Positions 8,426-17,645 of a DNA stretch of 64,000 nucleotides are shown here, piece after piece; position 1 is the first letter of the stretch, and the number at the start of each line of letters is the position of its first letter. The stretch is taken from positions 6,594 to 70,593 of the forward strand of contig CAZPER010000006.1 in NCBI GenBank assembly GCA_964585655.1, read 5' to 3'. A model generated the notes under the pieces. The model worked only from the letters and a program-made list of their open reading frames with translations, was not told where the DNA came from and did not search any database. The DNA comes from an uncultured Gemmatimonadaceae bacterium (GTDB taxonomy: Bacteria; Gemmatimonadota; Gemmatimonadetes; Gemmatimonadales; GWC2-71-9). The position numbers and the translations under genes are program-made.

Positions 8426-9409
8426 GTGACCACCCTCGACCTGCTGCAGGCGAACCTGCTGTCGCCGATCGCGCTGGCCTTTGCCCTGGGCCTGCTGGCC
8501 CGGGTGGTCCGCAGCGAGTTCTCCCTGCCCAAGGACGTCTACCTCGGGCTCTCGATCTTCCTGCTCTGGGCCCTGGGCCTGCAAGGCGGCATCGAGCTGC
8601 GTCATTCCAGTTTCGCGGCCATCGCCTGGCCCGCGCTCGCCACGGTGGGGCTCGGGGTGCTCACCCCGATCAGCACCTACCTGGTCGTCCGCCGGCTCGG
8701 CCGGTTCTCCGTGGCGGACAGCGCGGCCATCGCGGCCCACTACGGCTCTGTCTCCGCCGTCACCTTCATCGCCGCCATCGGCTTCGCGAAGGCCCAGGGG
8801 CAGGAGGCCGAAGGGTTCATGCCCACGCTGCTGACGCTGCTGGAGAGCCCCGGCATCGCGGTGGCGCTGGCGCTGGGCGCCTACCACGCCCGACCGGGCG
8901 AGCGACCGATGCGGGAGGTGATGCACGAGGTGCTCACCGGTCGCACCATGGTGCTGTTGCTCGGCGGGCTGGTGGTCGGGTTCCTGATCGGGGACCAGCA
9001 CTGGCAGACCATGGCGCCGTTCTACGAGAGCAAGGGTGCGGTCTTCCGTGGCGTGCTCTGCCTGTTCATGCTGGAGATGGGGATCACGGCGGGTGCACGA
9101 CTGGGGGACCTGCGAAAGGTGGGCGGGTTCCTGCTCGGCTTCGGCATGCTGATGCCGCTCGCGCACGGGACGCTGGGGGCCTGGGTCGGTCACCTCGCGG
9201 GCCTTTCCGTGGGCGGGGCCACCGTCCTCGGCACCATGGCCGCCAGCGCGTCCTATATCGCGGCGCCGCCCGCGGTCCGGCTGACCCTGCCGGACGCGAA
9301 CCCCACCTACTACCTGACCGCCGCGCTGGTGGTCACCTTCCCTTTCAACCTGCTGATCGGGATCCCGGTGTATTTCCGGGTCGCGACCTGGCTCGGAGGC
9401 GTTCCATGA
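8426..9409 (+). CDS. sbtA: Sodium-dependent bicarbonate transporter family permease
   Basis: NLLSPIALAFALG..AAHYGSVSAVTF..LESPGI..AASASYIAAPPAVRLTLPDANP..TFPFNLLIGIPVY. Confidence 0.88.
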   Translation: MTTLDLLQANLLSPIALAFALGLLARVVRSEFSLPKDVYLGLSIFLLWALGLQGGIELRHSSFAAIAWPALATVGLGVLTPISTYLVVRRLGRFSVADSAAIAAHYGSVSAVTFIAAIGFAKAQGQEAEGFMPTLLTLLESPGIAVALALGAYHARPGERPMREVMHEVLTGRTMVLLLGGLVVGFLIGDQHWQTMAPFYESKGAVFRGVLCLFMLEMGITAGARLGDLRKVGGFLLGFGMLMPLAHGTLGAWVGHLAGLSVGGATVLGTMAASASYIAAPPAVRLTLPDANPTYYLTAALVVTFPFNLLIGIPVYFRVATWLGGVP

Positions 9410-9708
9410 CCCCGGTCCCCATGGCTCTCGTCACCATCATTGCCGAGCATGTGCTGCGGGAGCCGCTGACGGCCGACCTCCGCCGCCTCGGGGCCCGGGG
9501 GTACAGCATCGGCGAGGTCGAGGGTGAAGGCAGCCGTGGGGTCCACGCCCAGGACTGGCAGGGGAAGAACCTGCGGATCGAGACGATTGTGCCGCCGGAG
9601 GGGGCGCGCGCCATCCTGGACCACCTGGCGGACCGCTACTTCGCCGACTACGCGGTGATCGCGTGGAGCACCGTGGTGGAGGTGCGGCGGAGCGGGAAGT
9701 TCGGGTGA
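9406..9708 (+). CDS. sbtB: PII-like regulator SbtB
   Basis: ATGA-coupled to sbtA; LVTIIAEHVL..LGARGYSIGEVEGEGSRG..NLRIETIV..VEVRRSGKF. Confidence 0.88.
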   Translation: MTPVPMALVTIIAEHVLREPLTADLRRLGARGYSIGEVEGEGSRGVHAQDWQGKNLRIETIVPPEGARAILDHLADRYFADYAVIAWSTVVEVRRSGKFG

Positions 9709-9866
9709 GGGAGGAGGCAGGGAGCAGGGACCGTGGTCCCTACTCCTCCTCGTCAAGCCGGCGCTCGATCCGCCGGCTATCGTGGCCGAGACCGGCCAGT
9801 GCACGCATTCCGCGCAAACCAGGAAGTAGTTGGCTTCCATGGTGGATCCGTGGAATGTGGGTCAGG

Positions 9867-10016
9867 TCATGCCAGCACCGTCGTGTCGGGGGCCGCCCGG
9901 CGCGCCGGGGGCCGGCGGAGCAGCGTGAAGACCGCACGCTCCGCGGCGCGGATCGCGAGCGACGGCTCGTAACGATCCTCCGGGGTCTCGAGCAGCAGGA
10001 GACGGATATCCAGCAT
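9867..10016 (-). CDS. Candidate 49-aa small protein
   Basis: Hand translation MLDIRLLLLETPEDRYEPSLAIRAAERAVFTLLRRPPARRAAPDTTVLA; strong RBS AAGGGAGG; GC-rich third positions. Confidence 0.55.
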   Translation of the reverse strand: MLDIRLLLLETPEDRYEPSLAIRAAERAVFTLLRRPPARRAAPDTTVLA

Positions 10017-10034
10017 GGGTCCTCCCTTCTTCCG

Positions 10035-10079
10035 AAAACGAATCGCCCCACCTGTCGGCCGGCACAGGTGGGGCGATTC
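10035..10079 (-). terminator. Intrinsic terminator between two small ORFs
   Basis: 16-bp perfect stem GAATCGCCCCACCTGT/ACAGGTGGGGCGATTC followed by GTTTT on the minus strand. Confidence 0.7.
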
Positions 10080-10103
10080 CGCCTCGGGGGAGGAGGGAAA
10101 GGC

Positions 10104-10235
10104 TCAACCCGTCGAGGCCACCAGTGCGGCAAGGAAGTACTTCGGCGCATCGGCCCACGCGCGCGCACGCGAGGCCTGGGCCTCCAGGTGCGGTACGCCG
10201 ATGGGTCGACTGCCGGTGGTCGTGAAGTGGAACAT
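10104..10235 (-). CDS. Candidate 43-aa small protein
   Basis: MFHFTTTGSRPIGVPHLEAQASRARAWADAPKYFLAALVASTG; GAGG RBS; terminator immediately downstream. Confidence 0.4.
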   Translation of the reverse strand: MFHFTTTGSRPIGVPHLEAQASRARAWADAPKYFLAALVASTG

Positions 10236-10324
10236 GCCGTCCTCAGATGCTGGAAACGCCAAGCCCCCGTCTTTGGGGGGCGGCAACGATACGAACGACC
10301 GTCGCCGCTGTCAATGGTCCGCTG

Positions 10325-11065
10325 TTACTGTCCCGCCGCCGTGTCCACGGTGAGCATGAATCCGTTCTTCCCGGCCTGCATGTGGATGACGTCGCGGCCG
10401 TTCTCATCCCGGACCCGCAGCATGGCGCCGGTCGAGTCCGCCAGCAACCGGACCAGGTTCCGGCCGAACTCGTCGTTCACCTTGATATGGGCCCCGCGCT
10501 CGTCGGCCAGGATCCGGACCAGCTCCGCGTTGTCGCCGGTGGCCTCGACCTGCACCCGGCCACCCACCTCCGCCTTCACCGCGAACGGATCCCCCTGACG
10601 CAGCTCGGCCTCGGCGTTCCGGGTGACCATCACCGGGCGGGTCAGGCCGGCGGGTTCAAACACGATCTCCCCCAGATCCACCAGGCCCGTGCTGCTCGTC
10701 GCGCAACGGAAACCGCGCTCGACATTGATATCCGTGCCACCCTCGGGCTCAAGAATGCAGCCCTCCAGCGCCCGCTCGGCGCCGGGGGAGGTGAGCCGCA
10801 CAACGGCGTGGACCTGAGGAAGGTCGCCGGAGGCGTCGCGCCGGATATTCACCTGTTGCACCCGGCCGATGGTCTGGCCGTCGAGCAGGAAGTCCATCTC
10901 CGCACGGGCGGCCAGTTCGCCAGTCCAGCTGGCGGCATGCTGCACCGCGGTCGCCAGAGCCTCCTTGGTGGCGGCCTTGGCCTGCTGCCCGAGGGTGATC
11001 AGCAGCATACCAACGGCAAAGACGCCCAGGGCGCCGAGCCCGATTTTGGTCCAGAGGCTTCGCAT
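10325..11065 (-). CDS. Hypothetical N-terminally anchored/exported protein
   Basis: AGGAGG RBS; hydrophobic N-terminus MRSLWTKIGLGALGVFAVGMLLITL; beta-rich C-terminus. Confidence 0.75.
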   Translation of the reverse strand: MRSLWTKIGLGALGVFAVGMLLITLGQQAKAATKEALATAVQHAASWTGELAARAEMDFLLDGQTIGRVQQVNIRRDASGDLPQVHAVVRLTSPGAERALEGCILEPEGGTDINVERGFRCATSSTGLVDLGEIVFEPAGLTRPVMVTRNAEAELRQGDPFAVKAEVGGRVQVEATGDNAELVRILADERGAHIKVNDEFGRNLVRLLADSTGAMLRVRDENGRDVIHMQAGKNGFMLTVDTAAGQ

Positions 11066-11133
11066 GGGTCCTCCTGGTGAAACGCGGATGTCGTGCGGAT
11101 ACGGGCTCCCTACGCCACCCCTCGGGGATGGTT

Positions 11134-12384
11134 TCATGGTGAGACGGGTCCGGGGCGGTCCCGTTCACGGATCAGGAACTCCCGGGCTGGGCCCGCCTCG
11201 GTGAGCACGCTTGCCCGGGACCACGCCGCCCGGGCCGGTTCCAGCTGTCCGGCGCGCCGGAGCAACCGGGCCCGGGTGGCGTGATACCAGGGGGACCGCT
11301 CCAGGTCCCCCCGCTGAAACAGTGGCTCCAGCGCGGCCAGCCCCGCCCCCGCCCCATCCCGCTCGGCCACCGCCACAGCGCGGTTGAGCTCCACCACGGG
11401 GGAGGGCTCGACTCGAAGCAGCTTGTCATAGGCGGCCACGATCCGGTCCCAGTCGGTGGCATCCCACGCCGGGGCGGAGGCGTGGATGGCGGCAATCTCC
11501 GCCTCGAGATGAAAGCGGGTGAGGGTGCCGCCGCCGATCGCCGCCTGCAGATGCTGGAAGCCCCGCTGGATGAGCCGCTGGTCCCAGCGCTGCCGATCCT
11601 GATCGGGGAGCAGCGCGAACCCCCCGCCCTCCGCGCGTGCCGGCAGGCGGGCGGCGAGGAAGGCGGTGAGCGCCGCGAGCGCATGCGGCGTCGAGCCGGC
11701 GGTGGCGGGATGGGCGGCGAGGGCCTCCGCCAGCCGGTGCGCGTCGGCGATCAGGTCGAGCCGGATCGGATCGTCACCCCGACTGGGCGCGAACCCCTCG
11801 TTGAAGATCAGGTAGACGACGTCCAGCGCGGCGGGCAGCGCGGCCGCCAGGGAAGCGTCGTCCCGGCGCAGCGCGACCAGTGCCGGCTCCGCCCGGAGCC
11901 TGCGCTTGGCCCGCACCAGCCGCTGCGCCACGGTGGACTCCTCGAGCAGCAGGGCGCGCGCAATCTCCCGGGCGCTCAGCCCCGCCACCACGCTGAGGGC
12001 GAGCGGCACCACCACCTCCCGTGGCAGCGGCAGCGCGGCGCAGGTGGTGAGCAGCACCAGCACCTCGTCCGGGACGTCTCCCTCCGCGCCTCCGGCCGGC
12101 TCCGCCGCGATCCGGGCCGCCAGGCGCTGCGCGGTGGCCTCGTGGCGCAACCGGTCGAGCGCGCGGTTCCGGGCGGCCTGAAAGAGCCAGGCGGCGGGAT
12201 CCGCCGGTACGCCGCGAAAGGGCCAGGTGCGGAGCGCGGCGAGCAGTGCCTCCTGGGTCACGTCCTCCGCCAGGTCGAGGCGGTCGGGGCCGAGCCGCGC
12301 CACCAGCGTCGCCACCACCCGCGCGTGGCTGTGGCGGAACAGGTTGGCGACCAGCCCCGGGACCTCGACGGCGTCGGGCGTCAC
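11134..12384 (-). CDS. ECF sigma factor with C-terminal TPR-like extension (ECF42-like)
   Basis: AEDVTQEALLAALRTWP..ARNRALDRLR; GLSAREIARALL..VAQRLVRAK; YLIFNEG; LLPDQDRQRWD; PSPVVELNRAVA. GTGA-coupled to the YCII gene. Confidence 0.88.
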   Translation of the reverse strand: MTPDAVEVPGLVANLFRHSHARVVATLVARLGPDRLDLAEDVTQEALLAALRTWPFRGVPADPAAWLFQAARNRALDRLRHEATAQRLAARIAAEPAGGAEGDVPDEVLVLLTTCAALPLPREVVVPLALSVVAGLSAREIARALLLEESTVAQRLVRAKRRLRAEPALVALRRDDASLAAALPAALDVVYLIFNEGFAPSRGDDPIRLDLIADAHRLAEALAAHPATAGSTPHALAALTAFLAARLPARAEGGGFALLPDQDRQRWDQRLIQRGFQHLQAAIGGGTLTRFHLEAEIAAIHASAPAWDATDWDRIVAAYDKLLRVEPSPVVELNRAVAVAERDGAGAGLAALEPLFQRGDLERSPWYHATRARLLRRAGQLEPARAAWSRASVLTEAGPAREFLIRERDRPGPVSP

Positions 12385-12725
12385 CCGATCTCGATCTCCC
12401 GCACCTCGATCCAGCCGTTCGCGACATGGGGACAGTCGCGGGCGATGGCGAGGGCGCCATCCAGATCCGGGGCGAGCACCACGAAGTAGCCGCCCACCAC
12501 GTCCTTGGTCTCGGTGAAGGGCCCGTCCATGAGCCGGCCGGCGGCGTCCTTCCCGACCCGGCGCCCCACACCGTCCCGGAGCTTCACGCCGGCGGAAAGC
12601 TTGCCCGCTTCCGCCATCCGCTGGGTCCAGGTGGAGTATTCCGCCACCACCGACTGCATCTCGGCGGGGGAAAGTTCGGCGTACTGGGCGGGATCTTCGT
12701 GCAACAGCAGCAGGAACGACGGCAT
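12381..12725 (-). CDS. YCII-related (DGPF) protein
   Basis: DGPFTETKDVVGGYF..IARDCP..IEVREI. Confidence 0.9.
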   Translation of the reverse strand: MPSFLLLLHEDPAQYAELSPAEMQSVVAEYSTWTQRMAEAGKLSAGVKLRDGVGRRVGKDAAGRLMDGPFTETKDVVGGYFVVLAPDLDGALAIARDCPHVANGWIEVREIEIG

Positions 12726-12839
12726 GGTGGCCTCGGGGTCGAGGGGTTTCACGGTCACCGGGGTGGCGCCCGCTCACCCAAGAGACGGGCGAGGGGTGGG
12801 CGACTCGACCAGCGGTGCGGCGGCAGGGCGGATCGCCTG

Positions 12840-15245
12840 CTAGAGCCGGGGAGGCGGCGGCAGGTCCGGGAGACCCATGGCCTGCCGCAGCCGCACAAAC
12901 CCCGGCTCGCTCCAGAGCGGGGCATACCAGGGAGCGTTGAGCGGGGTGGCGTACAGCATGCCGTCCTTCGCGGCGAGGGCGCGTTCGAGCCAGGCAATCG
13001 CCTCCGCATGCGCCCCGATGCCGACGAGCCCGATTGCGACCGTCGCGGGTGAGGCGCGCCCCGCACGGGCCTCCACCTCCAGAGCGCGGACCATGACGAT
13101 GGCGCGCGGCTTGTCGCCCGCTGCCGCGACCGCGTTGGCCAGGACGCCCCCGAAGGGATTCTGCGGGGCGAGGCGCATCGCCTCCTCCAGCAGGGAGACG
13201 GCCTCCCGGGCATTGCCCAGCCAGAGCTGGGCCGAGCCGAGGAAGGCGTGGCCGGTCCAGAGCGCGGGGGCCAGGTCGATGGCGCGCCGGCCGGCGGCGA
13301 CGGCGGAATCCCGCTGGCCGGCCAGGGCGCGGATGTAGCTCAGCTCTCCGTTGATGATCGGAGCCATCGGATCGAGGGCGCGGGCGCGTTCCATGGCGCG
13401 CACTGCCTGCTCGGCGCGGCCGAGACTGGCGTAAAGCTCTCCCTGCCACTGGAAGGTGGAGGGATAGGCGGAGTCGGCGGCCGCCGCCCGGAGGAAGGCC
13501 GCCTCCGCGTCCCGCCAGCGCCCGAGGCTCTTGTAGAGCTGGCCGCGCGCGGCATGGGCCTCGGCCAGGGTGCTGTCGAGGGCGAGCGCCCGGTCGGCGG
13601 CGCGCTCCACGATGGGCAGCACCGAGTCCACGGGAGTGGGGCCGTAGACTGGGAGGAGGCCGACGGCGTCGGCCAGGCCGGCCCAGGCCCGGGCGAAGCC
13701 GGAGTCCCGCGCGATCGCCTGCTGGAAGTAATCCGCCGCCCGGCGCAGGCTCTCCTCACCGCGCTGGCGCCAGTGGAACCGGCCCCGGAGGTAGAGGTCG
13801 TAGGCGTCCATGTCTCCGGTCGCGGGCCGCACCGAGGCGCGGCCGGAGTCGAACGCGACTTCCAGTTCCCCGGCGATCGAGCGCCCGATCTCCTCCTGCA
13901 CCTGGAAGACGTCCTTCACCTCCCGCTCGTAACTCTCCCCCCAGCGGACCAGCCCATCGCGGGCGCTGGTGAGCTGCACGGTCACCCGCACCCGCTGCCC
14001 GCCCCGCCGGAGCGAGCCGCTCAGCACGTGCGCCACGCCCAGTTCCCGGGCGACGGTGCGGACGTCGGTGGTCCGGTCCCGCATGGCGAAGGCGGAGGCC
14101 GACGCCGCCACCCGGAGCGACGGCACCCGGGAGAGGGCGGTCGTCAGCTCCTCGGTGATGCCGTCGGCGAAGTAGCCGTCGTCGGCGCTGCCGCCACTCA
14201 GGGTGAAGGGGAGCACCGCGAGCGAGTTGGGCGGCGCGCCGCCCTCCGAGCCGCCGCGCCCGCGGGTCAGCCACCACCCCGCGCCCAGCGCCACCACCAC
14301 GACGCCCGCCAGCGCCGGGACCAGCCAGCGCCGGCCGCCGCGCGGGGCAACCGTGGAGAAGGACGTGATGCTGCCGCTCGCCGTGAATACTCCGTCCAGG
14401 GCGGCGATGATTTCATCGGCATTGGCGGGGCGGTCCTCCGGGGCCTTGGCCAGGCAGCGATGGACCAGGGCGGCGAGTGAGGGCGGGACCTCGGGGGCCA
14501 GGCTCTCCAGCCGTGGCGGGTCCCTCGCCACGATGGCGGTGAGCAGCTCCCGCGGTCCGAGGCCGGCGAAGGGTGCCCGTCCGGCGAGCGCTTCGTAGGC
14601 CATCGCGCCGAACGAGTAGAGGTCCGCGCGGTGGTCCACGCCGGGGTCGGCGGCGGCCTGCTCCGGCGCCATGTAGGCCAGGGTGCCGAGCGAAGTGCCG
14701 AGGGCGGTGAGCGGGGCCCCGCCCGAGTCGGTGGGGGTGACCGGGCGCTCCTGCCCCGACGCGAGCGCCTTGGCGACCCCGAAGTCGGTGACCATCGCCG
14801 CGCCGCCCGAGAGCAGGACGTTGTCCGGCTTGATGTCGCGATGCACCACGCCGCGGGCATGAGCGAAGGCGAGCGCCTGGGCCACGTCGCGGAAGAGCGG
14901 CACCGCCTCCCGCGCGGGGATCGCGCCGCGGGCGCCGAGGGCGGCCCGGAGCGATTCCCCCTCGACGTAGGGCATGGTGTAGTAGGGGAGCTGGTCCAGC
15001 ACCCCCGCCCCGAGCACGGTGACGATGTGGGGGTGCTGCAGCTGGGCGGCGAGCAGCACCTCGCGCTCGAACCGCTCCCGGTTGACGCCGGCGGCCAGGT
15101 CCGGGGCGAGCACCTTCACTACGATGCGGCGGCCGAGGCTCCGGTCGAGCGCCAGGAAGACACGCGACATGCCCCCGCCGCCGAGCTCGCGCTCGACGGC
15201 GTACTGGTCACCCAACTGCTGCTGCAGGGCGTCGCGAAGGTCCAT
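12840..15245 (-). CDS. Hanks-type Ser/Thr kinase with TM segment, TolB-N-like domain and TPRs
   Basis: ELGGGGMSRVF, VVKVL, HRDIKPDN, DFG, YMAPEQ; SLAVLPF..YFADGITEEL; AYDLYLRGR TPR region. Confidence 0.93.
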   Translation of the reverse strand: MDLRDALQQQLGDQYAVERELGGGGMSRVFLALDRSLGRRIVVKVLAPDLAAGVNRERFEREVLLAAQLQHPHIVTVLGAGVLDQLPYYTMPYVEGESLRAALGARGAIPAREAVPLFRDVAQALAFAHARGVVHRDIKPDNVLLSGGAAMVTDFGVAKALASGQERPVTPTDSGGAPLTALGTSLGTLAYMAPEQAAADPGVDHRADLYSFGAMAYEALAGRAPFAGLGPRELLTAIVARDPPRLESLAPEVPPSLAALVHRCLAKAPEDRPANADEIIAALDGVFTASGSITSFSTVAPRGGRRWLVPALAGVVVVALGAGWWLTRGRGGSEGGAPPNSLAVLPFTLSGGSADDGYFADGITEELTTALSRVPSLRVAASASAFAMRDRTTDVRTVARELGVAHVLSGSLRRGGQRVRVTVQLTSARDGLVRWGESYEREVKDVFQVQEEIGRSIAGELEVAFDSGRASVRPATGDMDAYDLYLRGRFHWRQRGEESLRRAADYFQQAIARDSGFARAWAGLADAVGLLPVYGPTPVDSVLPIVERAADRALALDSTLAEAHAARGQLYKSLGRWRDAEAAFLRAAAADSAYPSTFQWQGELYASLGRAEQAVRAMERARALDPMAPIINGELSYIRALAGQRDSAVAAGRRAIDLAPALWTGHAFLGSAQLWLGNAREAVSLLEEAMRLAPQNPFGGVLANAVAAAGDKPRAIVMVRALEVEARAGRASPATVAIGLVGIGAHAEAIAWLERALAAKDGMLYATPLNAPWYAPLWSEPGFVRLRQAMGLPDLPPPPRL

Positions 15246-15286
15246 GGGGTGCCGGGTCAGACGGTGGCGGCAGGCCTAAGGTTGCA

Positions 15287-15835
15287 TCAGAGCTGCCCGT
15301 CGAGCCCGAGCTGGTGGTAATAGTGCACCACCTCGTCCTGGTGCTCGAGCAGCCAGTCGATCGTCGGCTCGCGGCGCATCGCCTTGCGGAGCGCCTTGGC
15401 GGTGGCCTCACGATGGGTCCGGAACAGGATGGCGTGATCGAAGTCGGGCGCCTCGAGGACCGCCGGATCCAGCCAGACGGCGATGATGATGCCGAGGTCG
15501 TCCACCTGGTCCTTCGGGATATCGCCGCTCCGGACCGCGTCCAGTACCCCGTTGGCGATCGCCGCCTGCACCGTCCCCATGAAGATGTTGGTGTAGCGGC
15601 TGTCGTCCACCGTCACCTTGCTCACCATGAGGGTGGCCGGCTTCACCTGCACGTCGCTGTTGAGGATGGCGAAGACCCGGGTGTGCCCCTTCACCTGGTC
15701 TCCGACGAGGGTGGCCAGGGCGGTGCCGACCGGCCCGTCCAGTTCGCCGATCACGACTTCGGGTTCCGCCGCGGACCAGGCGGGCTCCGCTTCGACGAGG
15801 GCCTCGCCGGTGCGGAGAACGATGCGTTGGGACAT
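15287..15835 (-). CDS. fae: Formaldehyde-activating enzyme (Fae) family homolog, divergent
   Basis: GEALV..VIG..GPVGTALA..GHTRVFAIL..VKPATLMVSKVT..GTVQAAIANGVLDAV..GDIP..EATAKALRKAM..EP. Confidence 0.82.
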   Translation of the reverse strand: MSQRIVLRTGEALVEAEPAWSAAEPEVVIGELDGPVGTALATLVGDQVKGHTRVFAILNSDVQVKPATLMVSKVTVDDSRYTNIFMGTVQAAIANGVLDAVRSGDIPKDQVDDLGIIIAVWLDPAVLEAPDFDHAILFRTHREATAKALRKAMRREPTIDWLLEHQDEVVHYYHQLGLDGQL

Positions 15836-15870
15836 GCCTGCCCTCGGAGGTTGGGAAGGTGGGAGAATAA

Positions 15871-15902
15871 CGACGGTAACGACGGTCCCGTCGTTACCGT
15901 CG
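15871..15902 (-). terminator. Hairpin/terminator downstream of the M28 peptidase gene
   Basis: 15-bp perfect inverted repeat CGACGGTAACGACGG/CCGTCGTTACCGTCG followed by TTATT on the minus strand. Confidence 0.65.
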
Positions 15903-15922
15903 CGACCGCCCTTACGGGCTTC

Positions 15923-17542
15923 TTACTTGAGGCGGGGCCGGGTGCTCCGCGGTGCCGGCTGGCACTCGGGCCAGCTGGTCGGGACCGGGCGCCGGTTGGT
16001 GGCGGTGTCCGCGCGGGCCCGCTCCGCCAGGGCGGCCAGGTCCACCCGCTCGCGGGTGACCGTCTCCGGATCCTCCGACGCCATGTAGGCGAGCATCGCG
16101 GTCAGGGTCGCGTTGGCGCGGAGGTCGTCCCACACCACCTTGTCATAGGTGTCCCGGTTGGTGTGCCAGGTGTAGGTGCCGTAGTCCCACGACAGGGCGC
16201 CGAGGCTGGTCGCGGGGAGACCGTAGCAGGCAAAGGCCGCGTCGTCGCTGCCGCCGCCGGAGGGAAAGCTGGGGCCGCCAAAGGTGATCTGCTTCCGGAA
16301 CACCTCTGGCAGCCGGGCGAGGTACCCCTCGAAGTGCTGCGCGAGGTCCGGCAGTCCGGCGGCGCCAAGCCGCACAATGCGCCCGGTGCCGTTGTCCTGG
16401 TTGAGCAGGACCTGCAACCCCTCGCGGATCTCGGGATGGTCCTCGCTGAAGGCGCGGGACCCGACCAGTCCGTTTTCCTCCGAGGTCCAGTGCCCCACCA
16501 GGATGGTGCGCCGCGGGTGGGGCAGCACCTGCTTCAGGAGGCGCATGGCTTCCATCATGACGATCGTCCCGGTGCCGTTGTCGGTGGCGCCGGAGGAGCC
16601 ATCCCACGAATCGAAGTGGGCGGAGAGCATCACGTATTCGGCCGGCAGCTCGGTCCCCGGAATGGTCGCGATGGTATTGAAGATCGGTTGTTCGGGGAGC
16701 AGCTCGGCGTCGAGGTTGAGCCGCAGCTTTGGACCCTGGTTGCGCTCCGTGAGCCGGTAGACCAGGCCGTAGTCCTCGCAGGAGAGCGCCACCGCGGGGG
16801 CCCGGGTGTTGTAGGTGTCGAAGATCTCGATCGTCCCCCAGGCGTCCTTGGGCCGGCTGGTGAGGATGCCGGCCACGCCGGCTGCCTCGAGCCGGAGGCC
16901 GAGCTCGCCGGTGCCAAGCGCCAGGCTGTAGCCGGTGCCGCGGACGTCGGGGCCGGCCCACTCCCGGCGCACCTGGGCGCGGAGGCTGTCCATCCGCACC
17001 TTGGACTCCGGCGTGGCATGCTTCTCCCAGTTCTCCACCGGGCGGCAGGTGGGCTGCGGCGCCGCCACCAGGACCAGCTTGCCCCGGGCCTGCGGCAGCC
17101 AGCGGGTGAACGCGGCGCTGTCGGCGAAGCGGGGGAGGATGATCGTCCCGGCGGTGAGGTTCTTCTTCTTTGTCCCCGGACTGAAGCCGAGCATCGTCCC
17201 CTCGAGGCTCCGAACCCGCGGGGCGACGAGGTCGATGTGCGAATGTCCTCGGCGCCACCCGCGCCAGGTCCCGGACTTCTCGTTGCGGGCCGCGATGCCC
17301 CAGGAGGTGTAGGACCGCACCAGCCAGTCATTCCCGCTTTTCTGCAGGGCAGTCCCGGTGAGCCGCGGGCCGATCGAATCGAACAACACCTGGGCCAGCG
17401 GCTCGGTCAGCGAACTGTCCATGCCGAGGGTCCAGATCCGGGCGAGGGCGGGTTCGGTGGCCGGGGATTCCTGCCCGGCCACGGGCAGCGAGACACCAAA
17501 GAACAGGCTGAGCAGGAGGACGCGTACGGCCAGGGTCCGCAT
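15923..17542 (-). CDS. Secreted M28 metallopeptidase (carboxypeptidase Q-like)
   Basis: Signal peptide; IGPRLTG; SAHFDSWD..GATDNGTG..WTSEENGLVGS..GGSDD..WHTNRDTYD. Confidence 0.9.
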   Translation of the reverse strand: MRTLAVRVLLLSLFFGVSLPVAGQESPATEPALARIWTLGMDSSLTEPLAQVLFDSIGPRLTGTALQKSGNDWLVRSYTSWGIAARNEKSGTWRGWRRGHSHIDLVAPRVRSLEGTMLGFSPGTKKKNLTAGTIILPRFADSAAFTRWLPQARGKLVLVAAPQPTCRPVENWEKHATPESKVRMDSLRAQVRREWAGPDVRGTGYSLALGTGELGLRLEAAGVAGILTSRPKDAWGTIEIFDTYNTRAPAVALSCEDYGLVYRLTERNQGPKLRLNLDAELLPEQPIFNTIATIPGTELPAEYVMLSAHFDSWDGSSGATDNGTGTIVMMEAMRLLKQVLPHPRRTILVGHWTSEENGLVGSRAFSEDHPEIREGLQVLLNQDNGTGRIVRLGAAGLPDLAQHFEGYLARLPEVFRKQITFGGPSFPSGGGSDDAAFACYGLPATSLGALSWDYGTYTWHTNRDTYDKVVWDDLRANATLTAMLAYMASEDPETVTRERVDLAALAERARADTATNRRPVPTSWPECQPAPRSTRPRLK

Positions 17543-17645
17543 GAGGGAGGTCCGGAAGAGTGGTGGGTGTGGTGGGACGCGGGCCGGCGCCTGGTGGCGA
17601 CCCGAGTGAGTTACGCAAGGCAGCGTGCGCTCGTTGAGGCCCGCC

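Noticed and set aside
9310..9840. ORF starting MEANYFLVCAECVH
   Set aside because: CxxCxH is not a heme motif; no SD; runs antisense through sbtB.
12385..13449. N-terminal extension making a 771-aa sigma factor
   Set aside because: Overlaps the YCII and kinase genes in another frame; the GTGA-coupled start at 12384 is better.
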